A stretch of DNA of 63,480 nt, counting the filler, from Choristocarpus tenellus KU-1152 (Eukaryota; Protista; Phaeophyceae): NCBI GenBank assembly GCA_964200185.2. It is 12 parts of 12 records of this genome, joined end to end, with 100 filler letters (N's around TTAATTAATTAA, not from the genome) between each part and the next. Parts side by side here need not be neighbours in the genome. Positions count along the whole stretch, not along the records: positions 23,074 to 31,319 come from CAXNAD020004941.1; positions 31,420 to 36,688 come from CAXNAD020011306.1; 10 more parts are not named here. One strand, written 5' to 3'. This document shows, one piece after another, positions 23,835 to 35,347 of the stretch. The number at the start of each line of letters is the position of its first letter. Position 1 is the stretch's first letter. The translations under genes were made by a program, and so were the position numbers. Below the pieces are notes generated by a model, which was given only the letters and a program-made list of their open reading frames with translations, was not told the origin of the DNA and searched no databases.

Positions 23835-26514
23835 CTAGCTGCTCGCAGATGCAGAAGACGCAGTCATGCCCATCGCACTTGCGAAGTTCGTGAAACTGAA
23901 CATGTCATCATCAACGTAGTCCCTTCCCCCATCATCACTGAGCCTCGCACTGCAAGGACTGTACAAGCTGTTACGGCAGCTGTCAAGGGCACCACAAGAT
24001 GATGCTGAATCTTCTTCTGCACTTGTCACACCAAAGTCATCACCATCATCATTACAACCAAACGCCATCAAACTGTCATCCATCTCTGTCCTTGAGGTCT
24101 TGGGTGAAATTGCTGCAGTTTGTAGCACTGACCCCCCTTTCTCAGCATCCTTGAACAGATCTATTTCATCACCCCCATCTATGACATTGTTATCGTTTCC
24201 ATCAAGAGAGAAACAGTCAGATGTTGACATGGTATCAGTAAGGCATCCACTTGCATTGTTGAAATCACCAGATCTGCTAGAGCAGGGGTAGGCTCGGTCT
24301 ACCGCCATTGCAGCATCACTGTTCAACAACGCCCACTCAAGGCCCCCCTCAACCTCAAATGAATCCTCTTCCACCAGAGGAAGCAACAGAGGGTTGCCAA
24401 CATCACCACCATATCCCACTTGACCAGATGACACCTGAGTGAGACCCCCCACAGGGTTCATGGTCTGCTGCTGATACTGGTGATGTTCTTGCTCCTGTTG
24501 CTGCTTTGTGCCCTTAACTTCTGAGAGATCACTTTCAGGTGCCACTAGCTCTTGCTGAAGCAGCTGCATGAAGAAACCCTTCTGCAGGACCGTCCCCTCC
24601 TCAGAGTCTTCAACTTCTTCCATCTGGACAGCTGCTGCAGCAGGGAACGAGGAAGGCTCCATAGCCATGCTGTGGTGGTCATCCCTGGCATTCATTTCTT
24701 TCCCCCCTTCACCGTTGTAGCTCTCCCAAGGTGTCAACATCCCATCAGCACTCTTCATAGGAGCAGTGGCACAAGGAGCAGAGTCAGAAGGGGCCTCCAC
24801 CCCTACACCCCCTTCCACCTTCCAGTCAACTTCAGGGTGGACCATGTACACCATCTCAACAGAAGGTGAGCGGGCCAGTGCAGCACCAAAACCAAACGCC
24901 TTGTCCAACTTCGAGTGCCAGGCTGGAAAGTGCAGTTGATTTGCCATGATCTCTGCCTCTTCTGAAGCAGACATGAACTCCCTGCAAACACTGGATGATC
25001 GCGCTATGACTCGTGATGGTGTATTGCAGCCAGTCCTCTCCATATCCTCTGGTGTGGGACAACTGTAACTGCGAGGAGGAGTAAGACCAATTGGGTTTGC
25101 CCTACGGTGTCCCATCACCAACCTCTGGGGGGAGGGCGATGAGATGTCTACCCTGCTACCATCGACCGAACGCTTGGACAGTCCAAGAGCATTGCTACTG
25201 CACCCACCAGAACCATCCAAGGGAGTCATACCGTTCCTAGCCATTGCTGCATTCACCATTCCGACAGAGGTTAAGGCTGCACCAGACACGTCATTTCCAA
25301 CCGCAGCCTTCATGGACTTGGAAGACCTCACTGGCACTGCAGCTGCCGCCACCACCGCAGCTGCTGCCGAGGCTGCCGCCGCTGCTGCCTGGTGCTGACG
25401 TCTTCGTACAGAAGTACGCGTCGGCGCTATTGGTGCCGTCTGCCTTGTGGTCTCCACAACCCCTGCAGACTCCCGCATGTCTTCCTCAGATGGAGATACT
25501 GAGGTCGGCAATTTTCGTGAACCGGATGTCCTTCTCCCTCCCCCAGATCCTTGTTGGACAAGTACAAGGGGGAGTGTCTCCGACTGGCTGGCGCCCCTTG
25601 GCGTTCCCGCAACACGGCGGCGTTTTTTCCCACCACCTGTGGGAGAGACGACCAACAACTTATCTGACTTATCGATCACGTGTCCATCTGAAGGCACTTC
25701 TGTTTCTGTCTCCTCTGTCTCCCCAGGCGCGGAGGTGCAATTCACAGCTGGGGTCACCCGTCGCACATGGTTCAGCAACTCGGGTGAATCACGACGGAAG
25801 AAAGGGTGGGAGTAAGACCGACCAGAGTTGGGCACCTTCCTGAAGCCGTACATGTTGAGCTGTCTCTGGAAGCTGGAGAACTTTCCATGGCGGTAGTATT
25901 TTGTGAGGGTCTCTTGTGAGAAGGTTTTCGAGTCATGCACGGTAAAGGTATCACCTATTGTAGGTATCATGGTGTGCAACAAGGCAAGATATTTGAGGAG
26001 TGGGTGAGGGAATAGCGTGAGTTTCGGCATATTGTGTTCAGCAGGTTTTGTGAACGGAGACGAGATCTACCCTGAGTTCAGAGATTAGATAACATCGGAG
26101 TCCCATACGGGCTGAGAACACGATCGACTGTCAGCACAACAACACGTGATCGGATTGATAGGATATAATAGTGACCCACACGACTAACGGAATCCATGCC
26201 TGCACAAGAACGTAACGCAAGTCCACCCACCCCGTATTGCTCTGATTGGTGGGAAAGACCTCTAACCAGAATGAATAGAACCTGAATCATAGGCAATGTG
26301 CAAGCATCAATCTCGGCGTAACCTCAAACCACAATCGTCCTCCGACTATTGCCAAGTGCTTACCTTCATCATTCCAGCTGATGATAGACTCGTTTTCTAC
26401 AAGAATGTTGAACAACTTCCGCGCAAATGTCTGCGGGGCCCCACGCTTGCCGAATCGTTGGGCCATTGGTAGGGCTCCTTCAGTTAATTTCAGATCGCAG
26501 CCACTGGAGCGCAT
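23835..26514 (-). CDS. HSF: Heat shock transcription factor (HSF-type DNA-binding domain), 2 coding exons 26364-26514 (alternative ATG at 26466) and 23835-25954
   Basis: Spliced PQTFARKLFNILVENESIISWNDE|GDTFTVHDSKTFSQETLTKYYRHGKFSSFQRQLNMYGFRKV is a canonical HSF DBD. Phase-1 GT-AG intron; NLS-like KKRRR; long acidic disordered C-terminus. Confidence 0.95.
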
Positions 26515-29500
26515 TATCTCTTCTGAGGGAGTATGAAGCTACTTTTGAGGGAGTCCAGCACTCAAAGTCCTTGCCTCTAGAACGGACTGAGAGCGTCAGG
26601 GCAAGCCTGGGCACAGTGGCTTCCTGTAGGTGGAGCCTTTTCAAACTCGGGTGGGCTGCAGTTGGAATACCTTGATAGAACCTTTCTCGGCAGGACCTTG
26701 TTTGACGTCTCAAATGGCAACGACGTCTTCTGAGGTAAATCCTCGGACTGATACTCGCAACACTCACTCCTGACAGCAATTACAAGGGGAGATTACGGTG
26801 TGGTTGTCCGAAGAGGGCTTCACAAGTGTGTGATAGTTGGGTGTTCAGCGGCTTTCATATGAACGTCAATGGCTGTGTGATATGGGCATCATCTATCTCA
26901 TTCTGTGTGGGGGTACGAGAAATACAAATGAGACTTCAACGGATCCATTTTATTGGACTCTCTCCTCTTACTTGGTGGTAGATAAGCTTCCTGACCAATC
27001 AATGGTCGGCAATGTCGGAATAAGACCACAGCGACATATTCTCATATTCTCGAACCGTGAAGCATTTTACCCATTAGTAAATAAAGAGCCAAGGCATGTT
27101 TAAATCTACTGTCAATCATAAAATCTTTAGGGCAAAATAATCGGGGAGAATGTTTCAATCTTGAACATCGCCTATGGCTTAAACCTCAAACATCATGAAC
27201 CGAACCGTTATTTTACCCCTGACTGATCTTTGGAGTGACGGTTGTCTGGTTGCCGTTGGTTTGTGTTTTCATTGAGGCTTTGATCTTATTCCTCAGACAC
27301 ATTACGTCAATTCTTTGGTCGGAAGGGGGAGAACCTCCTCTTTCAATCTCCAGACTTTGAAGAACCATTAAAAAGTAGCCACCCCTCATATTCCGTGCGG
27401 TAGCTCTTCTTGGATTATTCACCATGAGTATCATTTTTTCTTTGAATTCCAATCACATCTCACATCGTCAAGGGCAACAATATTTATGAACACTCACACA
27501 TTTTATGGCGTTCACAACTCTTGATTGTTATATATATATACATTAACCAAGATATTGTGAAAATACCACTCTGCAGTGACTATAAATGTCACAACACATT
27601 TTATTGATTTATAAAACTACATTTATACAATGTTAGGTTCATTACCTTTTAAGGATTCAAAACCAGTCAACGTCACATTTGAAGTGAACGTCTTTTAGAT
27701 ACATCGACAACGTCAAAATTAGAAGCAAACCGTACACATTAAACCAGAAAAAAGAACCCATAGAGAAGAACCAGAATTGTTCATTTACTCCAACACATCA
27801 TTAAACCGAAGATTGGAACGTACCAAGGTTGTTTGGTTTGTGTGTATCTTTTTTAATTGTTCACAAGGAGAAGGAGGAGGAAATGTAGGATGGCTGAACC
27901 CAACGAACAGAAAAAGCAAGGCACAACCTGAGAAGTGTAACTGGTGTCGTGCAACATGTTGCAGTAGTAACATAGTAACAATGAGGAGAAGCGGAGAATC
28001 ATAAAAGACATGAAAGGTGGTGGGGATTGTATTTGGTCATAGGACAAAGGCAGTTAGTTATCATACTTTAAAAAATGTGTTGTTCAATATTGTATCCACT
28101 ACCTCTGACCATGCACAGTGCAGGGTAGTCCCTGCTCGATAATAAAGAGACAACAATAATAGAATAAAAATATATTTCACTCTAGTTCTTGGCACTGAAT
28201 TTATGTATGACCAAGCATTAATAAATAGGTTCCTAAGGGAAAATAGAAGAAATAGTATTAAGTCCAGAAAATGTTACAAATAATGCATGTTGTGCAGCTA
28301 TTATCAAGTAATATATTCAAAACCCTACCCAGAACCTCTAGTAGTATCCTATTCATATGGTTGCCAAGTGACGTCAAACTGGTCGGACAGCTGCACCCAA
28401 TGCACGAAAAACAAGGCAACAATTAAGGCAGCAAACTTTTTTCGTTGCAGTACGGCAGTTTGTTACATGCAATAGGTAGTATGTGAAGTAGTGCAGTGTG
28501 TAGTGCCTCTCTTGACCATTGCCATACACGTGGTAGTCATCTCTGCTGAGGGACCCCAATTTACTAAGGGAGTCGCCCCCCGTTTCTTCTTTCTGTATTT
28601 TTGGCATATTGACATATTTTATCCACATTTTTCACGAAGTGAAGAATGTAAGATGCAAGTCGGGATATTTCAATGGCCACATTTCCCACCTGATTCCCAC
28701 ATGTATATTCTAAATCATACAAAGTATAGCTGTCTTAGTACAAAATTGCTTAACTTTGACTTGCCTGTTGAAAATGCACTTACAACAACAGTGTGTGATA
28801 TTGTGTCATGTACAACTTACTACACTGTGTAGGTTGTCATGGAATGATGTATTAAGCAATGCTGTTAGACCACAAATGCTGTTGTCTTGTCAGGCAAGAG
28901 ATTGTATGAATGTAGTTCTGCACAACCACCTAATTCAAGACACTTGGATAAGGATTTTGTTAGAGGCCCTACATCACCCGCAATACGGTGCGTACTTCAA
29001 AGCATCAACCTTTGAACAAATGTTTGTCATGCGCTGTGTAGTGGTACATCACACTTTTCGCGCAATGTTGTATGCGTAACTTCAACAGGTCAAAAGTCGG
29101 TAGTATTGAACCAAAACGACTAGAGTTGCATAGTTGGAATATGTACGAGAATCATGGGGAAAATGTGACCATTAAGGTGCCCTAACTTGAGCCTGACATC
29201 CCTTACTTCGCAAATATATATATATATGAATCTGTCGGTCAATGTGGGATCAAAATAGATGCAAGAAAAGAGGGATGGCTCCCTTAGTAAAGGGGGTGGT
29301 TCCCAGCAACATAGAGTGGTTCCCACATGCATGGCACCATGGGTAGAGATTGTCACCAGACTACAATGAAGACAAAGATATTACTAAGACTACAAATACA
29401 TTAGGTTTGTAGTATCGTAGATAGTAGGAAGCATACATTCATACTGTTAATAAATATTACTGGTATTTGTACAATCCATCATAGTAGTGCTTGTCATGTG

Positions 29501-30969
29501 GACTATATGTAATCATTGGAACAGTGTTCTATGAACGGGAGTATGGGGTCGATGGGGTTAGAAACTACCTGCAAAATCCGTGTAGGGAACAGCCTTCATA
29601 ACCACTGAACCACAAGACCCTTGGGATGCTTGTAGTAGTACTCAACAAGCACCCATAAAACTTTCCCAGTAATCAACCAAACTTTTTTTTTCTTGAATGA
29701 AAAATTGTACTATTTTTTTAATACAATCCTGCTACAAAAGCATAGATAGTGTTGCAGAGCAAAACAAAATGTGACCTAGGATTGTTTTTCTTGGGTGGGG
29801 TTATGCATTAGCTTAAAATGCGAAGAAACTTTTCAACCCTGCCAGAATAGCCAGACCCAGGCGCACCCAAGAACAATTTATCGTTCTCCAGATTCTGATG
29901 GATAAGCTCAGATTAGTCACAGAGTCACTCCCATCCTTATCCTAGCAGCAACTGAAGACAACACAAAAGATTTTCTCTATCAAAACACCAAAGAAGCTCA
30001 AAATAGTAGTGGTCGAGTTAATCTTCAACCAAGAACCTCATCTGGTCTTTCACAGAAGCATTCTAGTCAACAAGCAAACTGTTTGTTTCTTCTATCTTCA
30101 ATAATCAAATCCATCCTATTCAACTCTAAGAAATAAATGACTACGAGGCATCATTTCTCCTGTCACATCAGGTAACGCGATTATTTTAGTCGTTTACGTT
30201 TTTTCGCGCGATTTCTACACAAAACATTATTGGAACCACCAATCCAAAGTATGTAAGGAGTGGAACGTAATGGAAATAACGTGGTCGTCTCATTGTCAAT
30301 CATATGACAGTCACCTGACTGGGAAAAAAAAGGGTTTTTAATGACCATTTCAATAAAGAAAGTGGAACGTTTTCTTTAGATCCACTCGCTCTCATCTAAA
30401 GAATAACTTCGGTATAACTATGGATACTGAATGGGACATCAACACTCTATCCATGGTGCGGACCACACAGCTGCTTCAACCCTAATACCCTCTAACAAAG
30501 TCTTACAAAATCATAATCTTTCAGGTTGTAGGGTTTTAGGAAGAAGGAATTAGAGCTGTAGTTTTTAGAAGTCGGATTGTCGAATCTTGAATATGTTTGA
30601 GAGGGTAGATGTATAAGATTCTTGGGATTACAACCAAGAACTGTGGTCTTTCGTTGAGGTTTTCCTAGTGATTAGTTGAAGTGGACAGTAGACAATCGAT
30701 TGGAACAGGCATCACTAATCGATCATATTCGAACCAATATTGAGTGTTCCAACCTGGTAAATATATCCATATTTTATTTTCAAGGAAATCTGTCGGAACG
30801 ATTAAATTCCGTGCGGTGAGGACTCCTTCTCAATAAAGACTACAAATTCTGGTGGACACCGTCATAAATTTCCCTAAAGTTTGTCACGGAATAGTCCACC
30901 ACAAAAAACGTGGGAAAACTCGAAGATTGAGAGGGGAAACTTTCAATCGAATTACTTAAGAACTACTGT

Positions 30970-31319
30970 AGATATTTTTATTATTATGCCCTCTGACATT
31001 TTCCACATGTGTCAAAAGAAAAAAATATTTAAAACATTTAGATATACTATATTTTTATGCCCTCTCACTTTTTAGATAGATTTTTATTATTATGCCCTCT
31101 CACATTTTGCTGATGTGTCAGGGGGAAAACCGATGAAAACTATGCGTGTGTCATTATTAGCCCTAAAGAAATAAAATATCCTAAACGTGAGAACACTATG
31201 AAGCACTCTAAGTATTTTAGATATATTATATTATTATGCCCTCTGACACTGTGCCTCTGGGGGGGGAGCTAAGGAAGCATTCCAAGAATCCAACAGACCC
31301 CTCCTTGCCCATCTCCCTG
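30970..31319 (+). repeat. Repeat family D with four tandemly reiterated tattatgccctct(g/c)ac modules
   Basis: Module at ~30980, 31055, 31087 and 31232, then gagctaaggaagcattccaagaatccaacagacccctcc up to the contig break. Confidence 0.8.
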
Positions 31320-31419
31320 NNNNNNNNNNNNNNNNNNNNNNNNNNNNNNNNNNNNNNNNNNNNTTAATTAATTAANNNNNNNNNNNNNNNNNNNNNNNNN
31401 NNNNNNNNNNNNNNNNNNN

Positions 31420-34125
31420 GGTACAGCATTCCCCGTGGGGTTCCCCCCCCCCTGCCCTTGCCTTTGCTCCTGCCAAGGTCCGGGGCCATGGGCGTGCAAG
31501 ACATCATCGCCTTCTGGTCCTTTCGAACTCCCTCCACAAGGCTCATAAGCTTGGCCTTGGGTGGAGGAAGCACCACCTTTTGGGAAAGAAACATAACAGG
31601 TGTGAGGGGGGGGGAGGAGAAAGTCTTTCAGTGGAAGGGGGGAAAGCTACAAATACTAATTAGTTGAACCGAGAATTGGGCTTGGGGGAAAGGGTGGAAG
31701 GGGGAGGGATGCGTGAGCAAGACAAATAGCAAGGACTGGTAAACATGAGAAACACAACAATTACAACAACAAAAATGTTCTGCTGTAGAAAGCCTGCCAA
31801 TGACAATCCCCCCAGTTGCTTTTGCGCAGGCAAGTCCCATGTATTCTAAGTAGCCAAGCTGGGGGTGGAAAAAAGGAGCTCTGATACCATCTGAGTACAC
31901 AAGGGAGACACGGAGACAAGACAAGAGGGAGAGATAAGAGGATGCCAGTTCCGCTTTCAGAGCAACCCACTTACGAGAGAGAGAGTGAGTGTGATCACCG
32001 CTGCCAGGACTGACAAGGCTGAGAAGGTAAATTGCACGTCGAATGCATTGTATCATCTCATTATGAAACACAGGGTGATTCAATCATTGCAATGGTGGCC
32101 TCATACGAAACACAACCTCCCCCCCCTCCCCTTCAAATTAGGGCTAGGGTTAGGCACTGTTGGTAGACACATGTGAACACATGCGGGCACAAAAAATACT
32201 GCATCAGAGTAGTTGATCCTTTCCACCTACCTTGCTGCGCCACAAAGACTTGATTCTCTCCAGCGATGCATTCTCATCATCCTCATACGCTCCTCTCATC
32301 TGCCCTCCCTCCGACAAAAGTCCTTCATCCTCCTCTTCCCCCCCAGCCAGGGCTGCTGGCCCAGCCCCCTTCCCCCCCTCCCCCTGCCCTCCTCCTCCAT
32401 CACCACCTTCCCCTGACATTGATGATGTCCCCACTAAAATTACTTCATCCTCATGATAAACACCCTCCCCCTCCTCATCAGAAGTGTACTCCTCAGTATC
32501 ACTGCAGTCTGTATGTTCCAAGAACACCGACATTTGAGCAGGGTTGGAAGGCAAGATGCGATAGAGAGTGATAGTGGCATGGGAATAGAGAGGGATTATG
32601 TTGTGTTCAAAGGCATCTGTGTGGTTGATTGGAACTCTCACTATGTTATGGGTGCATGGTGTACCTACACCAATAACCACTGGGCCTCTTGTCGTAGGCA
32701 TAGAGATGTGAGCTGAAAATCAACCTAAGAACACTAGGGGCAAACTTGATAGAGATAAATATTTTTGGTATGTTACATCAAGAATGAGGAAAGTGAGTTG
32801 TTAGGCCCTGCTTTGAAAGCCCTGCGGTATCTACAGAGAGATAGAGCACACACTGGAGGGGAAAACAAAGATGATCAGAGACACATATATTGCACACTGA
32901 CATAATACCTGCTATTGTACAATAGACCAAAGAGGCCTACTACATACTATTCTTGAGGACAGGAGGGGGTCTTAAGGCAATGAAAGGGTAAAGTGGAGCA
33001 CATGTAGCAGTGATATCAAGGAGAACGCGTATGACATACTTAGAGGCTAGGTAACAACCATGCAAGGAGATAGAATATGTCAGTTGGCAAAAAGAACAAA
33101 TACATGGAGAATAATCGCACCATCATCATCTCCATTGTCTTCCCCTCCTCCCCCAAACGGATCCTCGTCGAAGCTCTCGTCTCTGTCACGATCCCCGTGC
33201 AGCGCTGCCCCCACCACTTCTCCCCCAATCCCTAACCCTAACCCTAATCCCCTGTCCCCTTCCCCATCATTCTCGTCGTCTTCATCATGTCTATAATCGT
33301 CGTCGTCCTCATCCCTCGGTTCATCTTCTTCCTCGTTATCTTCGTCATCGTACTCCTCTGTCAAGAGCTCGGCCGAGAGGTCGTCCTCATCATCCTTGCA
33401 ACCAAAAAGACCCAGAAGATGTGGGAAAAAGAGGATGTAGGTTGGGGGGGGGGGAGATATGCACAGAGAGATGTAATGGAAAAATAGAGGTGGTCTTCTG
33501 CTGCGCTAAATGACTGCAAGGGAAATGAGGAGGGGGAGCTAAGTCGTTAATGGACTTAGCGAAGGAGGCACTTCAGGCAGGGAGGCACTTCTGCCAAACT
33601 ACACACTCACACAAAAGTGGGGCAAGGATTGGAGGAGGAAGGGCCCCCCACCGCTCATCGCAATCACTGAAGGACCTCAGCAGCAGCTAGAAGGGGCACA
33701 TTGTACCTACAATATCTGAGAGTTAAACATCTCTCGACTGAATTACCACGGCGAAAGCTACCCGTTCCTTGTCTCAGTGACTGTTCACCTAGGCATATAG
33801 ATTTTAGCCTTACCTCGCTCATGTAATCTCCGTTACCGTCCACATCCACACCATTCCCTCCTATGCAGCAATTCTGGGTTCTCGTCGACCTGAACGCTGG
33901 CCTTTCGCGCCTACCAGCTGCTGCTGCTTTGGATGTCCAAACCGTCACGCCTGGGATAGAGGTATCCTCAGCTGTGAAGCCAGAGTGAAAAGAAGGAGCA
34001 TGTTGGGGCTCCGGTAAGCCGTTGTGTTGTGGACCTTTTACCCAGGATTGACTCCCCCCACTTTCCAAAACTGTGGCAATAGCCAACCCCGACAACAACC
34101 TCGTTGTCCCTCGTTTTCCTGGCAT
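31420..34125 (-). CDS. Unknown acidic Gly-rich protein, 5' exons 33814-34125, 33121-33394, 32231-32508, 31420-31576 (runs off contig)
   Basis: Four exons with GT-AG borders and mutually consistent phases (0,1,0); D/E-rich tracts; no family recognised. Confidence 0.7.
31878..32134 (-). mobile_element. LTR/TRIM-like relic in an intron: tRNA-iMet primer-binding site preceded by a ...CA LTR-like end
   Basis: Minus strand reads ...GTACTCA GA TGGTATCAGAGC (PBS 31889-31878). Purine tracts followed by TG occur at ~32134-32113 and ~31815-31804. Confidence 0.5.
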
Positions 34126-34603
34126 TGCTAACCACCGTAAAGATAGTACTTAGCAATATCGCCTCGACCAAAGCTATGGAACGAGTGTCACTTCGTGCCA
34201 GCTGTTCGTCGATCCAACTCTCTGCCCCTCAACAGATAGACAATGTGCAAACGTAGAGGATGCTCAGGGTCTAAACTTCCACACTTATGAAGAGATCGCA
34301 GATGCACCTTGAATCACCACGTACCCTGTAGATCTTTATGACTAGAAATGCTACAGAGTGACAGCCTTGCGGCGTTGTACAGCCCCTCAATGCATAGAGT
34401 CTTCGCTAGGTGAAGTGTGCAATCGACTTCTGTGTACAGGAGATTACAAGTGAAGTTTGTTGATTGGCTTAGGTTAGGGTTATGGATAATGGAGAAAAGG
34501 GAACTCTTGTAAGGTACATTGATACAAAATTTCAGACAGACAAGAAGAGAGTAGGAGCCCTGTAAGAGCGATAGTAGTATTGTGCCATAATTGACAATTA
34601 GCG

Positions 34604-35347
34604 ATGACCTCGCTTCTAGACAACTCTCATCGGCCGCGTCTGTGTACCGACGATGAGACCAGTAACACAACTAGCAATCAAAGACACCATGGTGAAATCC
34701 TTGTGAACCTGGTGCCTGTGCTGCAACCTGAGGTCCACACGTTCCTATGCGAGTGCATCGGTGTGGAAGGAGTGGTGGCCCTGTTGGAGGCCATGAGTCG
34801 TCCGCCTCCATGTACGTGCGTCAGGGTGAACACATTGGTGCGAAACAAACTGTGTGCCTGTCTCTCCCAACTCATGTTAAGCTTTTGGTTGGGATGACCT
34901 GTTAGTACTTGTAGTTCGGCATCACCGCAAGTCTTGATGAGCTGTAACCTTCAACCCCTGAAAAAATTATCGTCTTTAGTCATAGGAAGCCGAGCACCCG
35001 ACCCTATCTGTACCACTGTGTTCTGGATGTATCATCACGTTTAACTTGTGATTTTACGCCCTTTTGGATAAATATCTCGAAGCTTGAGCCTTTGTCGTTG
35101 ACAGCTCGTTTACTACGCCTCTTAAAATTTTCTCGCCGCCGCCGCAGTATCTTGTCTGGAAGAAAGTTCCCTTGAATCCACCACCCCTTTTCCCTTTTCC
35201 TGTAATCGCTTTACGTTGTACTGAAAGGTTGGAACCCGTGAAATGGTGATGGATTTCTTACAGACCGAGATGCAAGACTTCAGATCGCGCTTAGAAAAAA
35301 CTGGGCGTTCTGCGCCCACCCTGGTTCCTCATCCTATTCTTCCTGAT
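34604..35347 (+). CDS. NSUN6: NSUN6-like tRNA m5C methyltransferase, first two exons (34604-34837, 35228-35347)
   Basis: LQPEVHTFL...LLEAMSRPPPCTCVRVNTL|VGTREMV...HPILPD matches the NSUN6 N-terminus (LRPEVENYL...LSHPPSFTTVRVNT...HPDLQD); phase-0 GT-AG intron. Confidence 0.8.

Noticed and set aside
25955-26030. N-terminus MPKLTLFPHPLL... of the 731-aa ORF
   Set aside because: It is intron read-through; the HSF domain start is supplied by exon 26364-26514.
26670-27170. Heat-shock elements upstream of HSF (autoregulation)
   Set aside because: Only partial GAA/TTC matches; no three-unit nGAAn array.
31945-31972. Histone 3' stem-loop-like tttcagagcaaccca
   Set aside because: The 5' arm does not pair and there is no histone CDS upstream.
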